A stretch of DNA of 64,000 nucleotides from an uncultured Candidatus Binatia bacterium (GTDB lineage: Bacteria > Desulfobacterota > Binatia > UBA9968 > JAJDTQ01). The notes below the pieces were generated by a model. That model worked only from the letters and a program-made list of their open reading frames with translations. It was not told where the DNA came from and made no database searches. Positions within the stretch are counted from its first letter, which is position 1, and each line of letters starts with the position of its first letter. A program made the position numbers and the translations under genes. The stretch lies in contig OZ251459.1 in NCBI GenBank assembly GCA_965242525.1, positions 3,328,001-3,392,000 on the forward strand, given 5' to 3'. Shown here piece by piece: positions 38,778-48,280 of the stretch.

Positions 38778-40166
38778 TCACCTGAGCACGCTCATCACCG
38801 CACGTGCGTCCACCACGTGGACGCCGGCGCGGGTGCGCGGAGCAGCGCCTCCCGGGACGAACAGCGCATGGCAGACTTCGGCGTTCCCGACATGGGGCAG
38901 GTTTCGGAGGGCGGCAAGGGCGCCGGCTCCGGACGGGGCGGCCGGCTTCACGGACCACTTGACTTCGCCCACCAGCAGCCGCCGGCCGTCCACCGAGAAC
39001 GCGACGACGTCCAGTTCCGGCTCATGGCCCCGCCAGTACCTTTGCGCGGGCTCCCACGGGCCGAGTTCCGCCAGCCTGGTATCGGAGCGGTGCAGCAGGG
39101 GTACGGCCATGCGGCACAACTCTTCCCAGGCCAGGGACTCCAGGCCGGGGCAGTGCCGGTTCCAGTAGCGCAACCGCGTCTCCCGAGGCGCCGCGGCAAG
39201 GGCGGCCCGGTGGGGGGCGACCACCCGGAACCACAGCCGGAGAAAGGGGTCGTCGATCCGGTAGAGGCTTCGCTTGCCCGACTTCGGGTCGCTCCCGAAG
39301 GGCGTCTCGCGGCGCACGAACCCCATCTCCATCAGGGACGCCAGGGGCTTCGACAAGCCGGATGCGGGTTTGCCCAGACGGCTTGCGACCTCGCTGACCC
39401 GATGCGCGCCGTTGCCGATGACGTCCAGCACCGGGCGTAACGCAGTAGCCGGGGGCGTTTCCTCCCGCAGCAACCGGTCGGGCTCTCCATGCAGCGGTCC
39501 TGCAGGGTCGAGGACCAGGGCGTCCACCGCAGCGTCGCAATCGTCTCCGAAGGGTTCGGCCAGCTCCCAATAGCGGGGCATCCCGCCCCACAGCGCATAC
39601 GCGGAGACCAGGGCGCGGAGGTCGTCGAAGGGAAAGACCCGGGCAAGGTGTCCCGGTTGCAGCGGGCGCACGGCAAAGGCTTCCGCGGCCCGGCCGTACA
39701 GGGGCGCGGCGGCGTCGAGGATGGCGCTGCGCATCATGTGCTGGCTCGACCCGCAGACCACCAGCTTCAGCCGACGCTCCGGGCGGTCCAGCCAGTTCTG
39801 CAGGACGCCGGCCAGAGCAGGGTCCGCGTCGAGGAGGTAGGGCAGTTCGTCGAGTACGAACGGCCCCTGCCAGCCGGCCCGCTGGGCCTCCGCGTCGAGC
39901 CGCGTCAGGAACGAGCGCCAGTCCGGGTATTCGACGTCGGCAAAGCCGGGGAACCGTTCGGCGACCGCTCCGGCCAGGTAGCGCCGCTGCACCGGAGGCG
40001 CGGACTGGTCGGCCACCGCGTAGAGGCCGTCGTGACGCCGGGTCCACTCGATGAGCAGGCGTGACTTGCCGACCCTGCGGCGCCCCCGGACGACGGCGAA
40101 GGCCCCGGGCCGCAAGAGCACGCGGTCCAGTCGGCGCATCTCTTCCGCGCGGTCGAGGAACTGCAT
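38778..40166 (-). CDS. archaeal-type ATPase with DUF234 / C-terminal PD-(D/E)xK domain
   Basis: FLDR, GRRRVGKS, LDELPY, GGMPRY, DPFLRLWF, ELDVV...GEVKW. Confidence 0.88.
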   Translation of the reverse strand: MQFLDRAEEMRRLDRVLLRPGAFAVVRGRRRVGKSRLLIEWTRRHDGLYAVADQSAPPVQRRYLAGAVAERFPGFADVEYPDWRSFLTRLDAEAQRAGWQGPFVLDELPYLLDADPALAGVLQNWLDRPERRLKLVVCGSSQHMMRSAILDAAAPLYGRAAEAFAVRPLQPGHLARVFPFDDLRALVSAYALWGGMPRYWELAEPFGDDCDAAVDALVLDPAGPLHGEPDRLLREETPPATALRPVLDVIGNGAHRVSEVASRLGKPASGLSKPLASLMEMGFVRRETPFGSDPKSGKRSLYRIDDPFLRLWFRVVAPHRAALAAAPRETRLRYWNRHCPGLESLAWEELCRMAVPLLHRSDTRLAELGPWEPAQRYWRGHEPELDVVAFSVDGRRLLVGEVKWSVKPAAPSGAGALAALRNLPHVGNAEVCHALFVPGGAAPRTRAGVHVVDARAVMSVLR

Positions 40167-40302
40167 GGAACTATTATGTGGGTCGGTATTATGCCTGTCA
40201 ACATAACCTCTGGATACGCGCCGGCGGCAGCGAACTCCGCTCGACTTGGGGATTGACACGCCGCCGCCTCATCGCCTACCTTTGTCGCCGAACGCCAATC
40301 GT

Positions 40303-40346
40303 CCCCGTTCGTCCTGAGCGTAGCGAAGCGAAGTCGAAGGACGCGC
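40303..40346 (+). repeat. family-1 core palindrome
   Basis: CCCCGTTCGTCCTGAGCGTAGCGAAGCGAAGTCGAAGGACGCGC. Confidence 0.8.
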
Positions 40347-40415
40347 TTCCCCGCGGGGAGAGGGAGTTCGAGCCGGAATCGACCAGACGTCCCCAAACCC
40401 ACGAGAGGCGCCGTT

Positions 40416-41678
40416 GTGACCACACCCGACACTCCCCTGGAACCGGAAAAGCAGTCCGCTCCGCCGGACCCGGAGAAGCAGCCTGCGATGGTGCGCGTGG
40501 ACTCCTACGCGGAGTGGCGCAACCGGGAGGGGGTCCCGCTGGTGGGCGGGATCTACATCGAGGACATGAAGGCGGTGGAGGTGGGGCCGTGGCCGCGCAA
40601 GGGCGACGGGGTCAAGGGCGCGCTGTGCTACCTGGACGGCGACAACGGCGGCGACGAGCACATCGTCGAGCTGGCGCCCGGGGGCTACACCGCGCCGTTG
40701 CGGCACATGTACACCGAGGCCATCTACGTGGTGTCGGGCCACGGCTCGTGCTCGGTGTGGCGCGAGGGCGGGGAGAAACAGACCTTCGAGTGGGGGCCGG
40801 GAAGCTATTTCGTTCCGCCCACCAACGCCTGGCACCAGTTCTTCAACGCCAGCCTGTCGCAGCCCGCGCGCTGGTTCTCCGTCACCGACCTGCCCCAGCT
40901 CCTGCGCCAGTGGGCCAGCGAGGACTTCATCTTCCACAACCCCTACGACTTCGACGACCGCTACCGGGGCGAGCCCGACTACTTCAGCGCCGAGGCCAAG
41001 CTCTACCGCGGCCGGGTGTGGGAGACCAACTTCATCCCGGACATCCGCAAGCTGCCCCTCTACGAGTGGAAGAGCCGAGGGGGCGGCGGAACCAACGCGT
41101 TCATGGTGATGGGCGCCGGGATGATGGAGTCGCACGTGTCCCGCTTCGAGTCGGGCTACTACAAGAAGTCCCACCGCCACGGCCCCGGAGCGCACCTCTA
41201 CATCATCGAAGGCGAAGGCTACGTGCTCGCCCAGCGGGGCGACGAGCCGCGCATCCGCTGCGACTGGAAGGAGGGGAGCCTCTACCTCTCCGGCGCGGGC
41301 CAGGGCCTGTGGCTGCACCAGCACTTCAACGTGGGCGCGACCCCGGCCACCTACCTGGTGATGAACCAGGGCCTGTCGCGCAAGTACGCGGTGAACCGCT
41401 GGCAGGCCCAGGAATCCACGGTGCTCCGCACCGGCGAGGTGAGCGGCAAGAAGGGCGGCTACCAGGTGGAGTACGAAGACGAGGACCCGGAGGTCCACCG
41501 GATCTTCGAGGAAGAGCTGCGGCGGCGCGGGCTTGCCTGCAAGATGAAGAACATGGTGCCTTGGTGCACGGGCGAGTCCGGGGCGGAGGCGGTCAAGGTC
41601 TTCTTCCCGGACGAGCACGGGAACCTGCCGGGCGAGCATGGCGTCCTCCCGGACGAGGAGGGGAGCTTCGTCGATTGA
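40416..41678 (+). CDS. bicupin protein (gentisate dioxygenase-like fold, function unknown)
   Basis: RHMYTEAIYVVSGHG...WHQFFN and HRHGPGAHLYIIEGEG...LHQHFN. Confidence 0.8.
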   Translation: MTTPDTPLEPEKQSAPPDPEKQPAMVRVDSYAEWRNREGVPLVGGIYIEDMKAVEVGPWPRKGDGVKGALCYLDGDNGGDEHIVELAPGGYTAPLRHMYTEAIYVVSGHGSCSVWREGGEKQTFEWGPGSYFVPPTNAWHQFFNASLSQPARWFSVTDLPQLLRQWASEDFIFHNPYDFDDRYRGEPDYFSAEAKLYRGRVWETNFIPDIRKLPLYEWKSRGGGGTNAFMVMGAGMMESHVSRFESGYYKKSHRHGPGAHLYIIEGEGYVLAQRGDEPRIRCDWKEGSLYLSGAGQGLWLHQHFNVGATPATYLVMNQGLSRKYAVNRWQAQESTVLRTGEVSGKKGGYQVEYEDEDPEVHRIFEEELRRRGLACKMKNMVPWCTGESGAEAVKVFFPDEHGNLPGEHGVLPDEEGSFVD

Positions 41679-41688
41679 CGGGCCGGCC

Positions 41689-43203
41689 ATGCACGACATC
41701 GCGGACGAACACGACCACGACGGACCTTCCCCCGATGACGAGGAAGGACACCCCCTGTGGAAGCTCGACACCATCACCCTCACCAGCGTCGGCATCGACG
41801 TGGGCACGGCGACCTCCCAGATCCTGTTCTCGCGTCTGGTGCTGCGGCGGATGGGACGGGAGTTGTCCAGCCGCTTCGTGGTCACGGACCGGGAGACCCT
41901 CTACCTCTCCCCCATACGCTTCACCCCCTACACCCCGGACCGTGAACGCATCGACGACGCGGCCCTGGGCCGTCTCGTGGACGCCGCCTACGGGGAGGCC
42001 GGCCTCACCCCGGACCACGTGGACACCGGAGCCATCATCCTCACGGGCGAAGCCATCCGCCGGGACAACGCCCGGGCCATTGCCGACCTCTTCGCCGAGC
42101 AGCGGGGAGACTTCGTCTGCGCCACCGCGGGCCACAACTTCGAAGCGTTGCTGGCCGCCCACGGGTCCGGCGCAGTGGCCTGTTCCGCGGAACGGGGATG
42201 CCGCGTCCTCAACATCGACATCGGCGGCGGCACCACCAAGCTGGCCCTGGCCGAGGCCGGGCGGGTGCTCGGCGCCGCGGCCTTCCACGTGGGCGGGCGG
42301 CTGCTCGCCACCGACGGCGACGGGACCATCACCGTGCTGGAGCCGGGGGGCAGGACCCTCGCCCGGCGCGCGGGGCTGGACTGGAACGTGGGCGACCGGG
42401 CCGACCCCGACGACGTCCGGCGGCTGGCCGGCCACATGGCGGACGCGGTCCTGGCCCTCGCCCGGGACGGCGGCGACGCCACGCCCGACCTGGAGCCGCT
42501 CTGGCTGACCCCGCCCCTGGATGGCGGCGGCCAATGCGACGCGGTGGTCTTCTCCGGCGGGGTGGGCGAGTACGTCTATGGCCGGGAGCGCGAGTCCTAC
42601 GGCGACCTGGGGGCGCCGCTGGGCAAGGCGTTGCGGCAACGCATGGACCACGGCGCGTTGCCGGGAAGCCTGGTGGCCGCCCGCGAATGCATCCGGGCCA
42701 CGGTCATGGGCGCGGCCCAGCACACCGTGCAGGTGTCCGGCAACACCATCCACCGCTCGGACGACTCGCTGTTGCCGCGCAAGAACCTCCAGGTCCTGCG
42801 TCCGCAGGTGGACCTGGAAGGCGACATCGACCCCGAAGCCATGGGCCGGACCGTCCGGGACCACTTCCGCGCCTTCGACCTGGTGGAGGGCGAGGCCGAG
42901 GCGGCGCTGGTCTTCGCGTGGCAGGGACCGCCCGCAGCCGCCCGCCTCGCAGCGTTCTGCCGCGGCCTGCTGGCGGGCCTGCCGGCCACCGTGGAGCGGA
43001 GACGCCCCCTCTACCTGGTGTTCGACCACGACATGGCCGGCCTCGTGGGCACGGTGCTGAAGCAGGATTTCGGCATCGAGGCCCCCGTCCTGGCCCTGGA
43101 CGGGGTCACCCTCCGGGACTTCGACTTCATCGACCTGGGCAGGGTGCTGGAGCCTTCGGGCGCCGTCCCCGTCACCATCAAGTCGCTGGTGTTCCGGTTC
43201 TAG
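41689..43203 (+). CDS. EutA-like reactivating factor (ASKHA ATPase)
   Basis: SVGIDVGTATSQILFSRL, TGAIILTGEA, NIDIGGGTTK, IRATVMGA, DFIDLG, VPVTIKSLVF. Confidence 0.85.
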   Translation: MHDIADEHDHDGPSPDDEEGHPLWKLDTITLTSVGIDVGTATSQILFSRLVLRRMGRELSSRFVVTDRETLYLSPIRFTPYTPDRERIDDAALGRLVDAAYGEAGLTPDHVDTGAIILTGEAIRRDNARAIADLFAEQRGDFVCATAGHNFEALLAAHGSGAVACSAERGCRVLNIDIGGGTTKLALAEAGRVLGAAAFHVGGRLLATDGDGTITVLEPGGRTLARRAGLDWNVGDRADPDDVRRLAGHMADAVLALARDGGDATPDLEPLWLTPPLDGGGQCDAVVFSGGVGEYVYGRERESYGDLGAPLGKALRQRMDHGALPGSLVAARECIRATVMGAAQHTVQVSGNTIHRSDDSLLPRKNLQVLRPQVDLEGDIDPEAMGRTVRDHFRAFDLVEGEAEAALVFAWQGPPAAARLAAFCRGLLAGLPATVERRRPLYLVFDHDMAGLVGTVLKQDFGIEAPVLALDGVTLRDFDFIDLGRVLEPSGAVPVTIKSLVFRF

Positions 43204-43315
43204 GCCCATATCCCTTCTCGAAGAGAATCTTGCATCTCCGATCCCCTCTTCGAAGGAGGTTCCGTATCTCAGCGCCAACGGACAGACGGCTGAACGTGGC
43301 GGGCCGAGAGCGGGA

Positions 43316-44086
43316 GTGAAGACGATGGGAATCCTTGTGGAAAAGACCGGCCGTGCGGCCTCCCTGGTCATCGACCGGCCGCCCCTGAACGTGCTCGACT
43401 TGGCCTTGCTGCGGGAACTGCGGCAGGCCCTCGACGAGGTGGAGCGGGACGACGGGGTGGACCTCGTGACCATGAGGGGCGCGGGCGAACGCGCGTTCTC
43501 GGCCGGCGTGGACGTGAAGGACCACACCCGCGCCCAGGTCCCCGAGATGCTCGACCTGGTGCACGGCGTCGTACGGAAGCTCTTGAGCCTCCCTCAGCCC
43601 ACGGTTGCGGTGGTGGACGGCCTCTGCCTGGGCGGAGGCTGCGAGCTGGCTTCGTCCTGCGACCTGGTCCTTGCCAGCGAAGAGAGCGTGTTCGCCACGC
43701 CCGAGATCACGGTGGGCTGCTTCCCGCCGGTGGCGCTGGCCCGGTTCTCCTCGCAGGTGGGGTATCACCGGGCCGCGGAGATGATACTCACGGGCCGCCG
43801 CCTGTCGGCCCATGAAGCCGCGTCCATGGGGCTGGTGAACCGCGTGGCGCCGCGAGACCGGCTGCCCCGGGCGCTGGCGGAGCTCCAAGACGACCTCCTG
43901 GACAAGAGCCAAGCGGTGCTGCGCATCACCCTCAAGGGCCTGCGGGAGACCGGCCTCGAGGGTCTCTCCGCGGCCTTGGCGCGTTCCGAACGGATCTACC
44001 TGGAAGAGTTGCTGGAGACCGAAGACGTGGAGGAAGGCGTCCGCGCCTTCGTGGAGAAGCGCAAGCCCAAGTGGCGGCACCGTTGA
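43316..44086 (+). CDS. enoyl-CoA hydratase family (dienoyl-CoA hydratase-like)
   Basis: RPPLNVL, AFSAGVDV, CLGGGCEL, PEITVGCFPP. Confidence 0.9.
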   Translation: MKTMGILVEKTGRAASLVIDRPPLNVLDLALLRELRQALDEVERDDGVDLVTMRGAGERAFSAGVDVKDHTRAQVPEMLDLVHGVVRKLLSLPQPTVAVVDGLCLGGGCELASSCDLVLASEESVFATPEITVGCFPPVALARFSSQVGYHRAAEMILTGRRLSAHEAASMGLVNRVAPRDRLPRALAELQDDLLDKSQAVLRITLKGLRETGLEGLSAALARSERIYLEELLETEDVEEGVRAFVEKRKPKWRHR

Positions 44087-44750
44087 GGAACCCCCGGACA
44101 TGGAGGGCTGATTCCCCGACCCTCCCGTCCCCGGTTCGTCCTCGTCCCCGTTCGTCCCGAGCGTAGCGAAGCAAAGGAACCTCTGAAAAATGGCTCTTCC
44201 GGCTTTCGTGTGGGTAAGGTAGAAGGGAAAGGGAAGCGACATCTCCGCGGACACTCACCCCGTCATTCCCGCAAACGCCCCACCCTCCGTCATTCCCGCG
44301 AAAGCGGGAATCCATCCACTTTCCTCGCTCTCGTTGTACAAACGGAACCCCTGAACAATCGGATAGAGGCAAGGCCCGTCCTTCGACTCCGCTACGCTAC
44401 GCTCAGGACGAACGGAAATAGGGGCGTCAGGGTGAGGGAATCCATCCTGTATGTCTCGATTGTTCAGAGGCCCCAAACCCTCATACAGGGCGCCCACGGA
44501 GTTTGCTCGCAAGGTCTGGATTCCCGCTTTCGCGGGAATGACGTGAAGGGGCTTTCGCGGGAATGACGAGGCAGGGCTTTCACGGGGAGGATGAAATGGG
44601 GAGTGTCGCAACCCACACGAATTCCGGAAGCGCCTGAAAAATCGAGACATGGAGCATGGGTTCCTTCACCCTGACCCCTATCTCCGTTCGTCCTGAGCGT
44701 AGCGAAGCGAAGTCGAAGGACGCGCTCATGCTCCCCCTGTCCCGATTGCG
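44086..44750. repeat. nested repeat cluster: family-2 element (44193-44634) containing a reversed family-1 element (44344-44472), flanked by family-1 fragments
   Basis: Ends and cores match the copies at 9328-9585 and 22508-22677. Confidence 0.8.
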
Positions 44751-44756
44751 CGACGG

Positions 44757-45740
44757 TCAGGCGGGTTGGCTGGCCAGCGTCCGGCGCACCGCGGCAACGA
44801 TGTCGTCCTTGCCCGGCACGAACCGGCCCTCCAGGGGCGGGGAGCAGGGGACCGGCGCGTTGGGCGCGGCGACCCGGAGGATCGGAGCGTCCAGGTAGTA
44901 GAGGGCTTGCTCCTGGACCCGGGCGGCGACCTCGGCGCCGACGCCGCCCTGCTCCACCGCCTCGTGGGCCACGATGAGCCTCGACGTCTTCCTCACCGAG
45001 TCCACCAGGGTCTCCACGTCCAGCGGCGCCAGACTGCGGAGGTCGATGACCTCCACGGAGACGCCTTCCCCGGCCAGCGCTTCGGCCGCTTCCAGGGCCG
45101 GCGCGACCATGTGGGAGAGCGCGGCCACGGTGGCATCGGCGCCGGACCGGAGCACCGCGGCCTTGCCCAAAGGCAGGCTGCCGCGGTCCTCCGGGACCGG
45201 CCCGCGGGAGAAGTAGAGGCCCCGGTGCTCGATGAACAGCACCGGGTTGTCGTCGCGGACCGCGGCCTTCAGCAGCCCTTCGGCGTCCGCGGGACTCGAC
45301 GGCATGACCGCCTTCAGGCCGGGCACGTGCAGGAACCACGACTCCAGGCTCTGGGAATGGTGCGCGCCCATGTTGCCCTTGACCCCGCACTGGACCCGCA
45401 CGGTCAGGGGCACTTTCAGTTGTCCGCCCGACATGTAGTGCAGCTTGGCCGCGTGGTTCACGAGCTGGTCCATGGCCAGCGTGATGAAGTCCACGAACAT
45501 GACCTCCACCACCGGACGCAGCCCGGACAGGGCCGCGCCGACGGCGATGCCCATGACCGCGCCTTCGCTGATGGGAGTGTTCACCACGCGGTGGCCGCCC
45601 AGTTCCTCGGCGATGCCCCGGGTGACCCCGAACGGTCCTCCCAGGGCCACGTCCTCGCCAAAGACGTACACCGATGCGTCCCGCCTCATCTCCGCCAGCA
45701 ACCCCGCGCGGACCGCTTCCAGGTAGCTCATTTCCGGCAT
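44757..45740 (-). CDS. 2-oxoacid/acetoin dehydrogenase E1 beta subunit
   Basis: GEDV, NTPISE, EVMFVDF, HHSQS, EVIDLRSL. Confidence 0.92.
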   Translation of the reverse strand: MPEMSYLEAVRAGLLAEMRRDASVYVFGEDVALGGPFGVTRGIAEELGGHRVVNTPISEGAVMGIAVGAALSGLRPVVEVMFVDFITLAMDQLVNHAAKLHYMSGGQLKVPLTVRVQCGVKGNMGAHHSQSLESWFLHVPGLKAVMPSSPADAEGLLKAAVRDDNPVLFIEHRGLYFSRGPVPEDRGSLPLGKAAVLRSGADATVAALSHMVAPALEAAEALAGEGVSVEVIDLRSLAPLDVETLVDSVRKTSRLIVAHEAVEQGGVGAEVAARVQEQALYYLDAPILRVAAPNAPVPCSPPLEGRFVPGKDDIVAAVRRTLASQPA

Positions 45741-45747
45741 ACGGACC

Positions 45748-46740
45748 TCAAGCATAGACTTGGGTTGCGGCCTCCCGGGGCTTGGGCCAGGGAGACGAAA
45801 GGGCGAACCGCGCGGCTTCCTCCACCAGCGCCCGGGCGTCGCTCTCCGCCTCCTCCAGGTCCTTCGGGGAAGCGGCTTTCCTCCGCTTCAGGACGCGGGT
45901 GAAGCGGGCGATGGGGTCCTTCTTCTTCCAGTCGGCCAGCCGAGACAGCTCCCGGTACTTGCCGGGGTCGCCCTCGTAGTGCCCCCGGAGACGGTAGGTC
46001 AGGCATTCGACGAACGCGGGACCCTTGCCCCCGCGGGCGCCGCGCACCGCCCGGTCCAGGGCGCCGCGCACCGCCAGGACATCGTTGCCGTCCACGGTGG
46101 CCGCGGAGATGTCGTAGGTCTCCGCATGCCGGGCGAGCCGCTCCACCCGCGTGTGGGCGGACAGCGGCGTGAACTCGGCGTAGCCGTTGTTCTCGCACAC
46201 GAAGACCACCGGAAGCCGCCACAGGCTGGCGATGTTCAGGGACTCGTGGAAGGGGCCGGCCTGGCCGGCGCCGTCGCCGAAGAACACCACCGCCACCCGC
46301 CCGGCGCCCTTCTCCCGGGCCGCGAAGGCCGCGCCCAGGGCCAGCGGCGCCGTGCCCGCCACCACGCCGCTGGCGGTGACGAACCCGGACTCCGCGGCCG
46401 CCACGTGCATGGACCCGCCCTTGCCGCGGCAATAGCCGGTGGCCCTCCCGGCGAGTTCGGCCATGAGCCGGTTCACGTCCGCGCCCTTGGCGATGGCGTG
46501 CCCGTGGGACCGGTGGCCGCCGAAGACCGTGTCCTCCCGGTCGAGCACGCTGCACGCCCCCACCGCCACCGCCTCCTGCCCGATGCCGAGATGGAGCAGG
46601 CCCACGATCTCCCGGGCCGCGTAGAGCGCGGACACCTTCTCCTCGAAGGCGCGGATCACCCACATGCGCCGGAGCAGCGACACCAGGTCCCGGTCACCGT
46701 CCCGGCGCGCCGCGGAACGCCCTTGCCCGGTTGCCTTCAT
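45748..46740 (-). CDS. 2-oxoacid/acetoin dehydrogenase E1 alpha subunit
   Basis: GQEA, HRSHGH, GKGGSMH, FFGDGA, CENN, TYRLRGH. Confidence 0.92.
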   Translation of the reverse strand: MKATGQGRSAARRDGDRDLVSLLRRMWVIRAFEEKVSALYAAREIVGLLHLGIGQEAVAVGACSVLDREDTVFGGHRSHGHAIAKGADVNRLMAELAGRATGYCRGKGGSMHVAAAESGFVTASGVVAGTAPLALGAAFAAREKGAGRVAVVFFGDGAGQAGPFHESLNIASLWRLPVVFVCENNGYAEFTPLSAHTRVERLARHAETYDISAATVDGNDVLAVRGALDRAVRGARGGKGPAFVECLTYRLRGHYEGDPGKYRELSRLADWKKKDPIARFTRVLKRRKAASPKDLEEAESDARALVEEAARFALSSPWPKPREAATQVYA

Positions 46741-46741
46741 G

Positions 46742-48280
46742 CTACTCCTTCCGTTGGCTCCGCGGGTCGTCCAGCGGCGTCCTGGGTCCGTCCAGGGCCA
46801 GCCGCCGGAAACGCGCCCGGTCCACCTTGAAGTCGTGGGCGTCGGTCTCCGGCCATTGGTAGAACGCGTCCGGGATCTTGTAGCGCGGCAGGGTCCGCCC
46901 GAGCCAGGCGGCCAGCGCCGCGGCGCCGGGACGCTCCCCCCGTGTCTGCACGAACGCCACGCACCGCTGGCCGAACTCCTCGTCGGGGATGGGCGCCACC
47001 ACCGCCCGGTCCACCCCGTCGTGGTCGGTCAGGGCGCGCTCGATCTCCTCGGGGTGGATGGTCTCGCCGCCGGAGAAGAAGCGGTTGTCGCGCCGGCCGA
47101 TGACCGTCAGGTAGCCGTCCTCGTCCACGCGCCCGAGATCCCCGGTGGCGAACCAGCCGTCCGGGGTCAGGGGACGCATCAGGCTCCCGCCCTCCACGTA
47201 GCCCATGAACAGGGTCTCTCCGGCCAACTGGATCTCCCCCTCGCCGCCGATCCGGAGGCGGCGGTACGGCAGCAGCTTCCCGGAAGTGAGCCGCTGGGCG
47301 GTGGTGGAACCGGGTCCCGCGGTAGCCACCTGGGAGGCCATCTCGGTGCAGCCGTAGCTGGCGAACACCGGCAGACCGCGAGCGCCCGCCCGTTGCAGCA
47401 GTTTCCGCGGGACCGGGCTGCCCCCCAGGACGATGCAGCGGAGCGAAGGGTAGCGCACGGACTCGGGCCGCTGCAACAACCTGTGGAGCTGGGTGGCCAC
47501 CACCGACAGGTGCGTGACCTCGTAACGGTTCAGGACCGCGTCCAAGGTCTCTCCCCGGTCCGGCATCACCACCGCGGCCCCCGCCAGCAGGCAGCGGAAG
47601 AGGATACCGAGCCCGCCCACGTGGTAGAGCGGCAGGTCCAGCAGCCAGCGGTCCCCGGCCGCCAGCGGCAGGTTCCGGTTGGATCCCAGGGCGTTGTAGT
47701 AGTGGTTGCCGTAGGAGTGGAGCACCGCCTTGGGCGCGCCGGTGCTGCCGGAGGTAAAGACGATGGTCGCGGCGCGGCCGAGGGGCATGGCGGAACCCTG
47801 GGTATCCTCGACCAAGGGATCCCTGTCCGCGGCGAATTTGCGGCCGGCATGGGATTCGGCAAGATCCATGTGCGTATCGGCGACCGGCGAGGCTCCGGCC
47901 GCGGCAAGGTCCCGGCCCCGGATCAGGGTCGCGCGGTCTCCGAGCCCCTGCTCGTCCGGGACCTGGGCCACCAGCTTCCGGCAGTCGATGCGCCGCAGCA
48001 GGTCGGCCACCGGGCGGTTGGGCAGGCGGGTGTTCATGGGACAGCACACCGCGCCCAGCCGGAGCAGCGCCAACAGCCAGACGAGGTAGTCCGGGCTGTT
48101 GGGCGCCAGTACGGCCACGCGCTCGCCGGGGGCGCAACCGGCCCGTCGCAGGGCAGCGGCCGCGGCGGCGACGCGGCCGCGGAGTTCGGCGAAGGAGAGG
48201 ACGCGGTCGCCGCGCACCACCGCGGGGCGGTCGCCGGAATGCTCGGCCGCTTCTTCGAGGGGGCAGCGGACCTCAGTCAT
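46742..48280 (-). CDS. menE: o-succinylbenzoate-CoA ligase
   Basis: FTSGSTGAPK, LPLYHVGG, SYGCTEMASQ, TGDLG, SGGETIHPEEIE; follows menC. Confidence 0.9.
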   Translation of the reverse strand: MTEVRCPLEEAAEHSGDRPAVVRGDRVLSFAELRGRVAAAAAALRRAGCAPGERVAVLAPNSPDYLVWLLALLRLGAVCCPMNTRLPNRPVADLLRRIDCRKLVAQVPDEQGLGDRATLIRGRDLAAAGASPVADTHMDLAESHAGRKFAADRDPLVEDTQGSAMPLGRAATIVFTSGSTGAPKAVLHSYGNHYYNALGSNRNLPLAAGDRWLLDLPLYHVGGLGILFRCLLAGAAVVMPDRGETLDAVLNRYEVTHLSVVATQLHRLLQRPESVRYPSLRCIVLGGSPVPRKLLQRAGARGLPVFASYGCTEMASQVATAGPGSTTAQRLTSGKLLPYRRLRIGGEGEIQLAGETLFMGYVEGGSLMRPLTPDGWFATGDLGRVDEDGYLTVIGRRDNRFFSGGETIHPEEIERALTDHDGVDRAVVAPIPDEEFGQRCVAFVQTRGERPGAAALAAWLGRTLPRYKIPDAFYQWPETDAHDFKVDRARFRRLALDGPRTPLDDPRSQRKE

